Shown piece by piece: positions 36,572-44,863 of a stretch of DNA of 64,000 bases. The position numbers were made by a program, and so were the translations under genes. Below the pieces are notes generated by a model. It was not told the origin of the DNA. It made no database searches and saw nothing but the letters and a program-made list of their open reading frames with translations. The DNA is taken from positions 1-64,000 of IMG/VR virus record IMGVR_UViG_3300043419_000787. One strand, written 5' to 3'. Source of the DNA: a virus. Position 1 is the first letter of the stretch. Every line of letters begins with the position of its first letter.

Positions 36572-37792
36572 TTAAAATAATTTAATAGTTGTAGATGAAT
36601 CTTTGTCTTTTGTTTCATTTTCGTCTAATCCGGCGAATGCATCAAAATCAACTGGTGTTTGATTGGCTTTTTTCAACCAACTAGATCCTTCAAGTATCTT
36701 TTCCATTTGAGAAAGAACCATAATTGCTGGTTCAGTTTCTTTATCTCGATCAATTACTTTAGTAATTTCTTGTTGAATTGGTTCTGGTATTGTATTGTAG
36801 TGAAGTAACATCAAATCTAGATTTTGATTAAATCTATTAAGGATATTTACTTGAGTGTCATGACCAATAATGCGGTAAATCAGGTTAACAATCTTATCAA
36901 CTTGTGTTTTGTTAAACATGTGGTCAATAACAAATTCGCCTTCTTCTTTAATGTATTGTTCTAAGATAGCTTCTGCCTGTTTGTCAGTAATTGAGAATGT
37001 ACGATCTTTACCATTTTTCATAGGTTTTTGGTACGTAACAACTGATTTAATATTATCAGATTTGTCGCCCATTAGAATCTTTTGGAAAACGAAACGATCA
37101 CAATTGATTTCTTCGACTTCAATAGAATTCTTTTTCATCCAATCAATCATTTCATTTTTGATACGATCACTTTGATGACTTGGACTATCCATGTTGAATA
37201 ATAAATCATCATTTGAGATTTCTAATTCAGTGGTGTTACTGAAAATATCATTGAATCCTTCGAATGCAATTAACTTACGTTTGGTGTTATAGTACCATAG
37301 AGAATAACCATCGGTTGCTTTTGAGTAATCAACTAATTGAATCATATCACGGTCACCAGTCCAAATAATGCAATTCTTACCTTGTGTATTTAAATAAGTT
37401 GACCATGCAAATAGAATATCATCTGCTTCTGCACCTTTAACTTGATTTACAATAACACCTTTTTTAGCAAGGATTAATTTAAATTCGTCATATACTTCAT
37501 AAACAGCTGACCAATCAACTGAACTATCTTGAGTACGTGTACCTTTGTATTGTGCTTCAGGAAATAGATCCTTACGCCAGGATTTTGAATCAACAGCAAA
37601 AACGATTTGATTAACAAAAGGAGTCATTTTTCGAACTTCTGATGCAAAGTCGATTGCAAGTTTTCGAATGAATTGTCCTTTGCTCGCATCATCACCAAGC
37701 AGAGCACCGCTTTTAGGTCTTGGTAGAACGAACAATCTACTATGAATGAAATAGTTACCATCAATAAGTAGTGTATGATTTCCGAGCTTCAT
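36572..37792 (-). CDS. rnh: RNase H / 5'-3' flap exonuclease (T4 rnh, FEN-1 family)
   Basis: Motifs AEADDILFAW, IIWTGDRDMIQL, KILMGDKSDNIKSV parallel T4 RNase H acidic clusters and the H3TH region. C-terminal extension (406 aa). Confidence 0.8.
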   Translation of the reverse strand: MKLGNHTLLIDGNYFIHSRLFVLPRPKSGALLGDDASKGQFIRKLAIDFASEVRKMTPFVNQIVFAVDSKSWRKDLFPEAQYKGTRTQDSSVDWSAVYEVYDEFKLILAKKGVIVNQVKGAEADDILFAWSTYLNTQGKNCIIWTGDRDMIQLVDYSKATDGYSLWYYNTKRKLIAFEGFNDIFSNTTELEISNDDLLFNMDSPSHQSDRIKNEMIDWMKKNSIEVEEINCDRFVFQKILMGDKSDNIKSVVTYQKPMKNGKDRTFSITDKQAEAILEQYIKEEGEFVIDHMFNKTQVDKIVNLIYRIIGHDTQVNILNRFNQNLDLMLLHYNTIPEPIQQEITKVIDRDKETEPAIMVLSQMEKILEGSSWLKKANQTPVDFDAFAGLDENETKDKDSSTTIKLF

Positions 37793-37816
37793 ATATTATT
37801 TCTTTAATTTGTTTCT

Positions 37817-37872
37817 TATGTAAATATAAACAATTTTCTTGACATAAAAAACTGTTTAGTGAATTATTTTTG
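37817..37872 (-). promoter_or_regulatory. Repeated promoter-like element, type B variant
   Basis: TATGTAAATATAAACAA / TTTTCTTGACATAAAAAAC / TGTTTAGTGAATTATTTTTG. In coding orientation gives TTTACA-N17-AAATAAT roughly 10 nt before the rnh ATG. Confidence 0.45.
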
Positions 37873-37879
37873 AATTATT

Positions 37880-38830
37880 TTACGATCTTACGATCGTTTG
37901 TAATTCGTAAAAGCAGCTCAACATTGTAATGATTGGGTCGATAACATTAACTCTTTGAGCTTGATGTCTGGCAACACAGATTGCAATTTGAGGAATATGC
38001 TTGATACTGTTAGTCCTTTCAGCTTGTACATATTCAATGAAATCATTTCCTAGAGATTGTAGAATATCATCAACTCTATTTGAATAGTCACTAACTAAAA
38101 CTTTATAGTTCTTTGCAGGATCTGTTTCATTGAAAATTAATTCAAATGCATCTTTATAAACTGAGTTAAATTTCTTAACATCATCAATTGTGATATTTCC
38201 AGTTCCTTGTGTTTTATAACCTTGTAGTTTATTAAGAGTACTTCTTAAGTCTGGGAAGTTACGTTTAACAAATTCAACCAATGCTGGTTTTTCAATTGTC
38301 ATCTCTTCTTTACCACAGATTTCATAAACTCTCTTAATATACTTCTTAGTTAACTCGGTCTCTTCAGCTTTATCAAAGTCAAAATTGATAACTTCAAAAC
38401 GAGAAAGAATTGGATCTGGAATCTTATTAACATAATTACAAGTTGCAATAAAACGTGAGTTACTTGCAAATTGTTCCATGGTTGCACGTAATGCTTTAAA
38501 GAACTGATCAGATACTCCATCAACCTCATCTAAGATAACTACTTTGAATTTACCTTGGTCATCTAAGATTGACATTGTTGAACAGAAATCCGTAATTCTG
38601 GTACGGATAACTTCAACTGAAGTATCAGTCGATGCGTTAATGTAAATGTACGGCAAACCAAATTGATTAACAATTGCTTTTGCTGTAGATGTTTTACCAG
38701 TTCCTGGACTTCCAGCTAATAACATATTCTGTGTGATTCCATTTTCAAATTTGGACATTACACGATCTGGTAAGATTAATTCCGATAGATTCTTCGGACG
38801 ATATTTTTCTGTAAAAAGAGAGTGAACCAT
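37880..38830 (-). CDS. Clamp loader large subunit (gp44-like, RFC/AAA+)
   Basis: YRPKNLSELILPD, Walker A LLAGSPGTGKTSTAKA, DEVD Walker B, SRFEVINF sensor region. 316 aa vs T4 gp44 319 aa. Confidence 0.85.
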   Translation of the reverse strand: MVHSLFTEKYRPKNLSELILPDRVMSKFENGITQNMLLAGSPGTGKTSTAKAIVNQFGLPYIYINASTDTSVEVIRTRITDFCSTMSILDDQGKFKVVILDEVDGVSDQFFKALRATMEQFASNSRFIATCNYVNKIPDPILSRFEVINFDFDKAEETELTKKYIKRVYEICGKEEMTIEKPALVEFVKRNFPDLRSTLNKLQGYKTQGTGNITIDDVKKFNSVYKDAFELIFNETDPAKNYKVLVSDYSNRVDDILQSLGNDFIEYVQAERTNSIKHIPQIAICVARHQAQRVNVIDPIITMLSCFYELQTIVRS

Positions 38831-38904
38831 AAATTATTTTTTATACACTTTTAGTTTAATTTATATCAAGAATGCTCTTTTAGTTTCAAAAATAAATAAA
38901 CTAT

Positions 38905-39414
38905 ATGGCATTTAGAGTTAAATTTCCTAAGATAGTTCGGACAGGTGGACCCTTTCCATCTAATAAGTATGGTATCATATTAAAGTACCTATCCAGGCTG
39001 CAGAGAAGATTCTTGGCAGATCATCCGATTATCAAGGATAGAGCCAAAGACGATCAATTTGTACAAATATTATTAGAACTTACAAACTACTCGGTACAAC
39101 CATTCAAATATAAAGACCGTATGTATTACGACTGGTCAACAGGATCAATCGTAGAGAAATCAGAACTCTTAGACAATTATAACTCAATCCCTTGGGTTTG
39201 TGCCGTCAGTGGTAAGCCAATCACTTGCAGAACAGATGACTTTAGTATAGAAAACTTTATCCATCCAGAATACCATGACATACTAAAGGCTCCAATGGTC
39301 GATAGCCGAATTCTTAAATCATCAGTTGAATTCCGTAAATATGTAAAAAAGCTCCTGTTGAATGAACAACAAGAGCTTTTAAAATTGGCTAAAAAGAATT
39401 CTAAGGTTAATTAA
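38905..39414 (+). CDS. Opposite-strand ORF, possible mobile/homing-endonuclease-like or regulatory insertion
   Basis: 169 aa, plus strand within a long minus-strand block, between gp44 and head genes. Partial Cys/His pattern (PWVCAVSGKPITC...FIHPEYH), not a clear HNH or GIY-YIG motif. Confidence 0.3.
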   Translation: MAFRVKFPKIVRTGGPFPSNKYGIILKYLSRLQRRFLADHPIIKDRAKDDQFVQILLELTNYSVQPFKYKDRMYYDWSTGSIVEKSELLDNYNSIPWVCAVSGKPITCRTDDFSIENFIHPEYHDILKAPMVDSRILKSSVEFRKYVKKLLLNEQQELLKLAKKNSKVN

Positions 39415-40646
39415 CCTAGTAAAACTCTCATCCTATCAGCAACTGACATACTGAATTTAGATTCATTTAGTTTAATTTGATTATCTAATAAATTGATTTC
39501 GGCTTCAATAAGTCTACCTAATTCAGTACCTTCTAATTGCCAAGATTCTTTAGCAGAAACTTTATCAATTAAATCTTGTACTTTTTTAACTTTTTCTTCA
39601 TCTCCGGATTCTTTAGCTTTTGCTAACATATCTTTAAGACGTTCTAACTTACCATCTTTAGAGTTTTTCTTTTCTCTATCTGCTTTAGTTGCATCGTCTG
39701 CTCCATCGGCATCTTTTTTAGCGGCTTTATCAGCTTCAGCTTTATCAGCGGCTGCTTTATCATCTGCTGCTTTTTTATCGGCTTCAGCTTTGTCAGCTTC
39801 AGCTTTATCAGCGGCTGCTTTATCATCTGCTGCTTTTTTATCAGCTGCAATTGCATCTTCTTTTGCTTTTGCTGCTGCTTCTTCATCTTCTTTAGCTTTT
39901 GCGGCTTTATCAGCTTTAAGTTTTTCAGCTTCTGCTTTTTCTTCTGGAGTAGGCTCAGCTTTATCTTTTAAGTCTTTAACAGCTTCTTGTTCTTCTTTGT
40001 ATCTTGCTGCTAATTCTCTAGCAGAATCTGCCAAAGATTTTTTCTTAGCTGGATCATCTTCTTGACCTGATGCTCTTTTAACAAGATCCATTTGACCTTT
40101 AATTTTTTCAGTACTTAATACTTTTTGTACGTAAGATCCTCTTTCTTTTGCTTTATCGTCAACAGCAGATTGAAGGTCTTTAATTTGAGTATCTAATGTT
40201 GCCTTTTTAGTTGTAAGCATATCTTTTTTAGCCTTTTCAGGTGTACCTTCTTTACCACTTAAATTATCTGCAGTAAGTTTAATATCTAATGCATTCATTT
40301 TCATTTTATTGACTTTAGCCTGCATTGAACGATATTTAGGAGCAAATAAGAAATCTTTAACTTTGTCCATTGCTGTTTCTGTACCAGCTTCATTAATAAC
40401 TGAATCACCAATAGATTCTAATTCTTCTTTAACTTGAGTGCCTAATTGAGAAAGATGTGTCATGATAGTATCAATATCGTTCATGATTTCTTCTCTTGAA
40501 AAAGAAGGTGTGATTGAATCAACTTCTGGCCCAACAGATCCTGAGGTTTTTGTTTCAACTTCTGTTGTTGTAGTTGCGGTAGGTTCAGGCGTATTAACGG
40601 CTTCTAGAACTCTAGTGTACCAACTATTAAATTTTGATTGTTCCAT
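39411..40646 (-). CDS. Highly charged low-complexity coiled-coil protein (head-associated?)
   Basis: 411 aa, K/A/E/D-rich with two perfect 20-aa repeats (ADKKAADDKAAADKAEADKA) encoded by a 60-bp tandem DNA repeat. Downstream of the capsid gene. Confidence 0.5.
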   Translation of the reverse strand: MEQSKFNSWYTRVLEAVNTPEPTATTTTEVETKTSGSVGPEVDSITPSFSREEIMNDIDTIMTHLSQLGTQVKEELESIGDSVINEAGTETAMDKVKDFLFAPKYRSMQAKVNKMKMNALDIKLTADNLSGKEGTPEKAKKDMLTTKKATLDTQIKDLQSAVDDKAKERGSYVQKVLSTEKIKGQMDLVKRASGQEDDPAKKKSLADSARELAARYKEEQEAVKDLKDKAEPTPEEKAEAEKLKADKAAKAKEDEEAAAKAKEDAIAADKKAADDKAAADKAEADKAEADKKAADDKAAADKAEADKAAKKDADGADDATKADREKKNSKDGKLERLKDMLAKAKESGDEEKVKKVQDLIDKVSAKESWQLEGTELGRLIEAEINLLDNQIKLNESKFSMSVADRMRVLLG

Positions 40647-40703
40647 ATTCTTTTATGTTTATGTTTGGATATGGTTTATATATTTACTTTTCTTGGTAAA
40701 AAA

Positions 40704-40732
40704 GAAAAGGCTCTCCAATGGAGAGCCTTTTC
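40704..40732 (-). terminator. Intrinsic terminator downstream of major capsid gene
   Basis: AAAAGGCTCTCC-AAT-GGAGAGCCTTTTC. Confidence 0.6.
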
Positions 40733-40763
40733 ATATAAATCTAAGTTAGATTTTCAATACAGA

Positions 40764-42296
40764 TTAAACCAAGTTTAACAAGTTAGTGAATCTAGTAGTA
40801 CCTGAAGCACCTTTGTAGATTTCAAACGTTGCGTATTGAGTTTCTGGGTGGAAACCAGCTTCAACTAGAGCGAATCTAGATTTAACCGCGATTTTAGGAG
40901 CCATAGTTCCTTCAGCGATAGTTTGAACTGATTCAGCCATTAAGTAAGGCATGAAAACTAATCCAGGACCATTACCATCTCCTTTACGACCAACTAAAAC
41001 GGTTTGGTAGTTCCAAGCCCATTTTGGGTTAGTGTAAACTTGAATTCCAGCTACAGAACCTACAGGGTAGATAGCACCAGCAGCTTGAGAAATTGTATTA
41101 GCAAAAGGATTTGGTACGAAACCAGCAACAGATTGTAATACAGTAGCAACTTGTGGACCTACAACTGCAAAGTTACCAGCACCACGACGACCACGGTTAG
41201 CGATCAAGTTAGCAGCTGCTAAAACACCAGTTAAGATTTTTCTGTGCTCTGAACCTTCAGTTTGACCACCACTAAAAGAAGCAGCAGCAACTAAACGAAT
41301 ATTCAATGAATCAGAAGTGATTTCACCAGCAGCAGTCGCTTTAACGATATTTGCTAATCCTAAAGAACCAACGTTATTGATAATCAAATCGTTGATGTTT
41401 TGAGTTAATTCGTTAACTAAAACAGCTTCAACTTGAGCAACAGCGTCAACACCGAATTGTTTTAAATCTTGAACTTGCTCACGAGTTACTGCAGCTGCAA
41501 CTTGGAAAGTCTTAGCTTCAACAGCTTTAGAGAACAATGAAAGACCCATGATCTTCTCATTAGTTTGTTCTCCAACTCCTCTTGTGAAAGGCTCAGAAAT
41601 ATTAGAAGAGTTTTGTACTCCAGCGAATCCTGGTACGTGATCTTCTAAAGCTTTTACTAATTGTACATCAAGTGTAGCAGCATCAGTATCTGGAGAAAGA
41701 ACTGCGTTTACAGCTAACAATAAGTCAGCAGCAACGTTAGCAGCAATTGGGTTACCAGCTGCTTTAAAGATTGAATAACCATCGATACGAGATTTACCAA
41801 CGTAATCGTAAGCAACTGAAGTTGCAACAGCAGGAGAACCTGCAGTAGCCGCAGCTAAATCACTAGTTCCAGCGATTGGAGCAGCTTTGATGTAAGTTGG
41901 AGAAGTAGTACCTGCTAACTTACCACCTTCGTAAACGAAGTCTAAGTAAGATAAAAGACCCATTGGACCAGCCATAGGAATTACTGGTACTAAATCAAGA
42001 CCGATTGTTTGTGCAGCAACTTGCATTGCTAAAGGTAATAAAGTAGGAGCTTTGTCACCAGAACCTTTTGCAGTAGAACCACTATTGTAGAATCCACCAG
42101 GTAATGTTACAGCACCCATACCAAAGATGTTACCAGCAGTACCTAAAGCCATCATGTTTGCATCTTCATACAATTTATGATTGTGGCAGTACTCTGACAT
42201 CCAAGCTAGTTTAGAAGCTTCGTTGATTCCTGTAGCAGATTCGATGATCGGTGCCCAAGTTTCTCTGATTTCAGCTTCATTAATTAAATTTGCCAT
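40764..42296 (-). CDS. Major capsid protein (T4 gp23-like)
   Basis: 510 aa. Segment MQVAAQTIGLDLVPVIPMAGPMG resembles the conserved gp23 region (AQTIALDLVGVQPM). Downstream of protease/scaffold and portal; terminator follows. Confidence 0.75.
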   Translation of the reverse strand: MANLINEAEIRETWAPIIESATGINEASKLAWMSEYCHNHKLYEDANMMALGTAGNIFGMGAVTLPGGFYNSGSTAKGSGDKAPTLLPLAMQVAAQTIGLDLVPVIPMAGPMGLLSYLDFVYEGGKLAGTTSPTYIKAAPIAGTSDLAAATAGSPAVATSVAYDYVGKSRIDGYSIFKAAGNPIAANVAADLLLAVNAVLSPDTDAATLDVQLVKALEDHVPGFAGVQNSSNISEPFTRGVGEQTNEKIMGLSLFSKAVEAKTFQVAAAVTREQVQDLKQFGVDAVAQVEAVLVNELTQNINDLIINNVGSLGLANIVKATAAGEITSDSLNIRLVAAASFSGGQTEGSEHRKILTGVLAAANLIANRGRRGAGNFAVVGPQVATVLQSVAGFVPNPFANTISQAAGAIYPVGSVAGIQVYTNPKWAWNYQTVLVGRKGDGNGPGLVFMPYLMAESVQTIAEGTMAPKIAVKSRFALVEAGFHPETQYATFEIYKGASGTTRFTNLLNLV

Positions 42297-42441
42297 TTTT
42301 GAGAATGTTTTTGTTTTGTTTGTTTGTTTTTAGCGTAATGCTCGACATACTTTAGATTTTTGCTTCTTATCTAATTATCGTCGTTTTATTGTTTTATTAT
42401 ATATTCGCTTCTTTTTTCGAATTTTCTAAATTTTCAAAAAA

Positions 42442-44436
42442 TTACTTTTTGAATTTTTTAGCAAAAGCTTCTTTCATATCAGTTAAATCGTAACCTAATG
42501 TGTTTGCTTTTTCTTCGATTTTATTACTTTCGTTAACAACTTCGATTTTTTCCATTACTGGAGTAACCTCTCTAAGGTCTCTTTGTTGCCAGAAGTTTCT
42601 TACTTGATATTCAGTTTCTAATTTATGATATTTAGACTGTGCCAAGATTTGACTCTTTTTAGATTCAGATAAACCATTCCAAGTTTCTCTGTATTCTGAA
42701 GGCATTGCTTTAAGTACCATTGGTTCTTCAGAACTTCTTGTAGCTAATGCATTGTTCCATAGAGCATAGATTTGAGATTCAGTTAAGAATCCTTTTCCTT
42801 CAACTACAGAAACGATTTTGTTTTTATCTTCTTCAGAAAGAGTTTTGAATTCTTCTACTTTAGATTCAGAAATAAATTTAAAGAAGTTAGGCTCAGTAGC
42901 TACTTTTACAGTTGCTTTTTCAACCAATGCTTGTAATTTCTCAGTGATAGCTGCTTTATAAGCATCCATTCTGTCTACTTCTTCAGTTACTTCTTTACCA
43001 ACATCTTCTCCTTTAGTTGCTTTTGCAGCTTCTAAATCTTTATCTAATTCTTTAGAATCATCTTCAGCTCTGTCTTCAGCTTTAGCATATTTCTTACCAT
43101 CGCCATCAACTACTGCAGTTGTAACATCTTTAGAATCATCTTTAAGTTCTGTAGCTGGAGTACCAGTTAAACCGTCTGCTGCTTCAGTAACTTCTTTACC
43201 AACGTTTTCTCCGTCTACTTTAGAATCTTTAAGATCTTTTTCAAGGTCTTTAGCAGTATCTTCAATAGCATCTTCACCAGTTGCTACTTTTTTACCGTCA
43301 AATTCTACTTCTGGAGTTTTATCGTCAGACATTTTTTTGATTTTTTCAGCAGGAAGACCAGCTTCTTCACCATCAGCTTCAACAATTAAGTTTTTGTTAA
43401 CTGATTCAGCAATATACTCTGCGTATTCAGTAACTTTCTCTAAACTTTCTTTTAAGTAAGTTACATACTTTGTCATGTTTTCATGTGTTGCAGCACCATC
43501 ATTGAATGCTTCAGCTAAGTAATTAGAATATTCTTTTACTTTATTAACTGACTCTCCAATTTTTTCGCTGTATTGGATTGATTGATCCAATGTCTCAGCG
43601 ATATGATCGCCATGTTGAATTGAATCATCTAATTTTTCTGCTAAGTAATTGTTGTATTCAACAATTGAATTCATTTTCTCAGCAAGGTAACTAGAGTACT
43701 CTTTAAGATTCTCAACTTCTTTAGCAAAAGTGTCGTTATTCTTTTCAGTTAGAGACTCTTTTAAACCTTTGATTTCAGTAGCTAAATACTTAGAATACTT
43801 ATTGAAATCCTCAGTTGATACGAATCTTGATTGTTCCATTTTGTTTTCTTCTATAGTTTGTGTTTGATTGTTTTCTGTATTATTTATCTCATAAATCAAA
43901 ATGTCACCAGCGTCTTCAAAACCAAAAGACTCATTAACTCTTTTTAATTCAGCATTAGCAAATCCAGGATCTGCAACTAAATCATAAGTAAATAATTGTT
44001 TGATTTTAACTTGACCGTTAGATTCAACAGTACCAGCTGCTCTTGAAGAGATATGTAAAGGAACTCCAGCATCAACTAATGCTTTTGCTTGTCTACCAGC
44101 ATCTGTATCTAATAATCTGATTTTTCCCATTACCTGTTTAGTATCTTTATTATAAGATAATTCTTCGATAATGTGTGAAACATTCTTAAGAGAGATGTCG
44201 AAATTTTGTGGGTGGTCTAATTCACCTAATAGTTTAGATGATTGGATTTTTGCCTGAAGCGATTCGATTTGAGGAACATATTCAGCTTCCGTATAAATAC
44301 GATTGTTTCTGTTCTTTACACCAATTTCTCCAAAGCATCCTTCTAGTACATAAGATCCTGCACCGGATTCATCCTTGTTAAAAGATAGGGTATTCCCAGA
44401 TCTTTCTAGAATAAGTAATTTACTTTGTGTAGTCAT
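42442..44436 (-). CDS. Prohead protease fused to scaffold-like coiled-coil domain
   Basis: N-terminal ~180 aa with GELDHP (His) and HISSRAAG (Ser), as in gp21/U9-type prohead proteases. Remainder acidic with EYxxYLAE heptad-like repeats. Confidence 0.55.
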   Translation of the reverse strand: MTTQSKLLILERSGNTLSFNKDESGAGSYVLEGCFGEIGVKNRNNRIYTEAEYVPQIESLQAKIQSSKLLGELDHPQNFDISLKNVSHIIEELSYNKDTKQVMGKIRLLDTDAGRQAKALVDAGVPLHISSRAAGTVESNGQVKIKQLFTYDLVADPGFANAELKRVNESFGFEDAGDILIYEINNTENNQTQTIEENKMEQSRFVSTEDFNKYSKYLATEIKGLKESLTEKNNDTFAKEVENLKEYSSYLAEKMNSIVEYNNYLAEKLDDSIQHGDHIAETLDQSIQYSEKIGESVNKVKEYSNYLAEAFNDGAATHENMTKYVTYLKESLEKVTEYAEYIAESVNKNLIVEADGEEAGLPAEKIKKMSDDKTPEVEFDGKKVATGEDAIEDTAKDLEKDLKDSKVDGENVGKEVTEAADGLTGTPATELKDDSKDVTTAVVDGDGKKYAKAEDRAEDDSKELDKDLEAAKATKGEDVGKEVTEEVDRMDAYKAAITEKLQALVEKATVKVATEPNFFKFISESKVEEFKTLSEEDKNKIVSVVEGKGFLTESQIYALWNNALATRSSEEPMVLKAMPSEYRETWNGLSESKKSQILAQSKYHKLETEYQVRNFWQQRDLREVTPVMEKIEVVNESNKIEEKANTLGYDLTDMKEAFAKKFKK

Positions 44437-44498
44437 ATTTATTGACAGTATGTTTGTTTATATATCTGATTGATTTTTTGAATTTTTTAAAAAATAAA

Positions 44499-44840
44499 TT
44501 ATAACTCACCTAGGTCTGCTGTCGGATCGCTTGCTCCATCATCAGATTTTTTATCCTCTTTCTCAGTTTCTTCTTTATTTTCTTCTTCTTTAGTCTCATT
44601 ATAGTATTCTTTCAACTTAGACATATCACCGTCTTTGAATGCAGTTTGACCATATTGTGCAAAGAAATAGTCTTCAAATTCTTTTTCAGTAGCAGATGCT
44701 GCAATAGCTCCTAGAATTTCAGCAGCTTTAATAACTTCTCCGCTATCTAAAGACAGATCGTCAACATATACTTTAGAATCTTCAGCTTTTAAAGCTTCAG
44801 CTTCAGAAATGAATTGTTCAAATGTTTTAATAGTTTTCAT
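44499..44840 (-). CDS. Small acidic protein (prohead core/scaffold-like)
   Basis: 113 aa, E/K/D-rich C-terminus, between portal and protease genes like T4 gp67/gp68. Confidence 0.35.
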   Translation of the reverse strand: MKTIKTFEQFISEAEALKAEDSKVYVDDLSLDSGEVIKAAEILGAIAASATEKEFEDYFFAQYGQTAFKDGDMSKLKEYYNETKEEENKEETEKEDKKSDDGASDPTADLGEL

Positions 44841-44863
44841 TTATATTGATTTTTATTTTAAAA

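Noticed and set aside
39733-39852. Perfect 60-bp tandem repeat considered as possible CRISPR-like or satellite array
   Set aside because: Only two units, no spacers, and it is in frame within a coding sequence encoding identical 20-aa repeats.
39493-40065. 190-aa plus-strand ORF (Ser/Ala/Leu-rich) and minus-frame ORF 39644..39886 inside the charged-repeat gene
   Set aside because: Both are alternative-frame readings of the low-complexity GCT/GCA/AAA repeat DNA. The minus-strand 411-aa frame is the coherent one.
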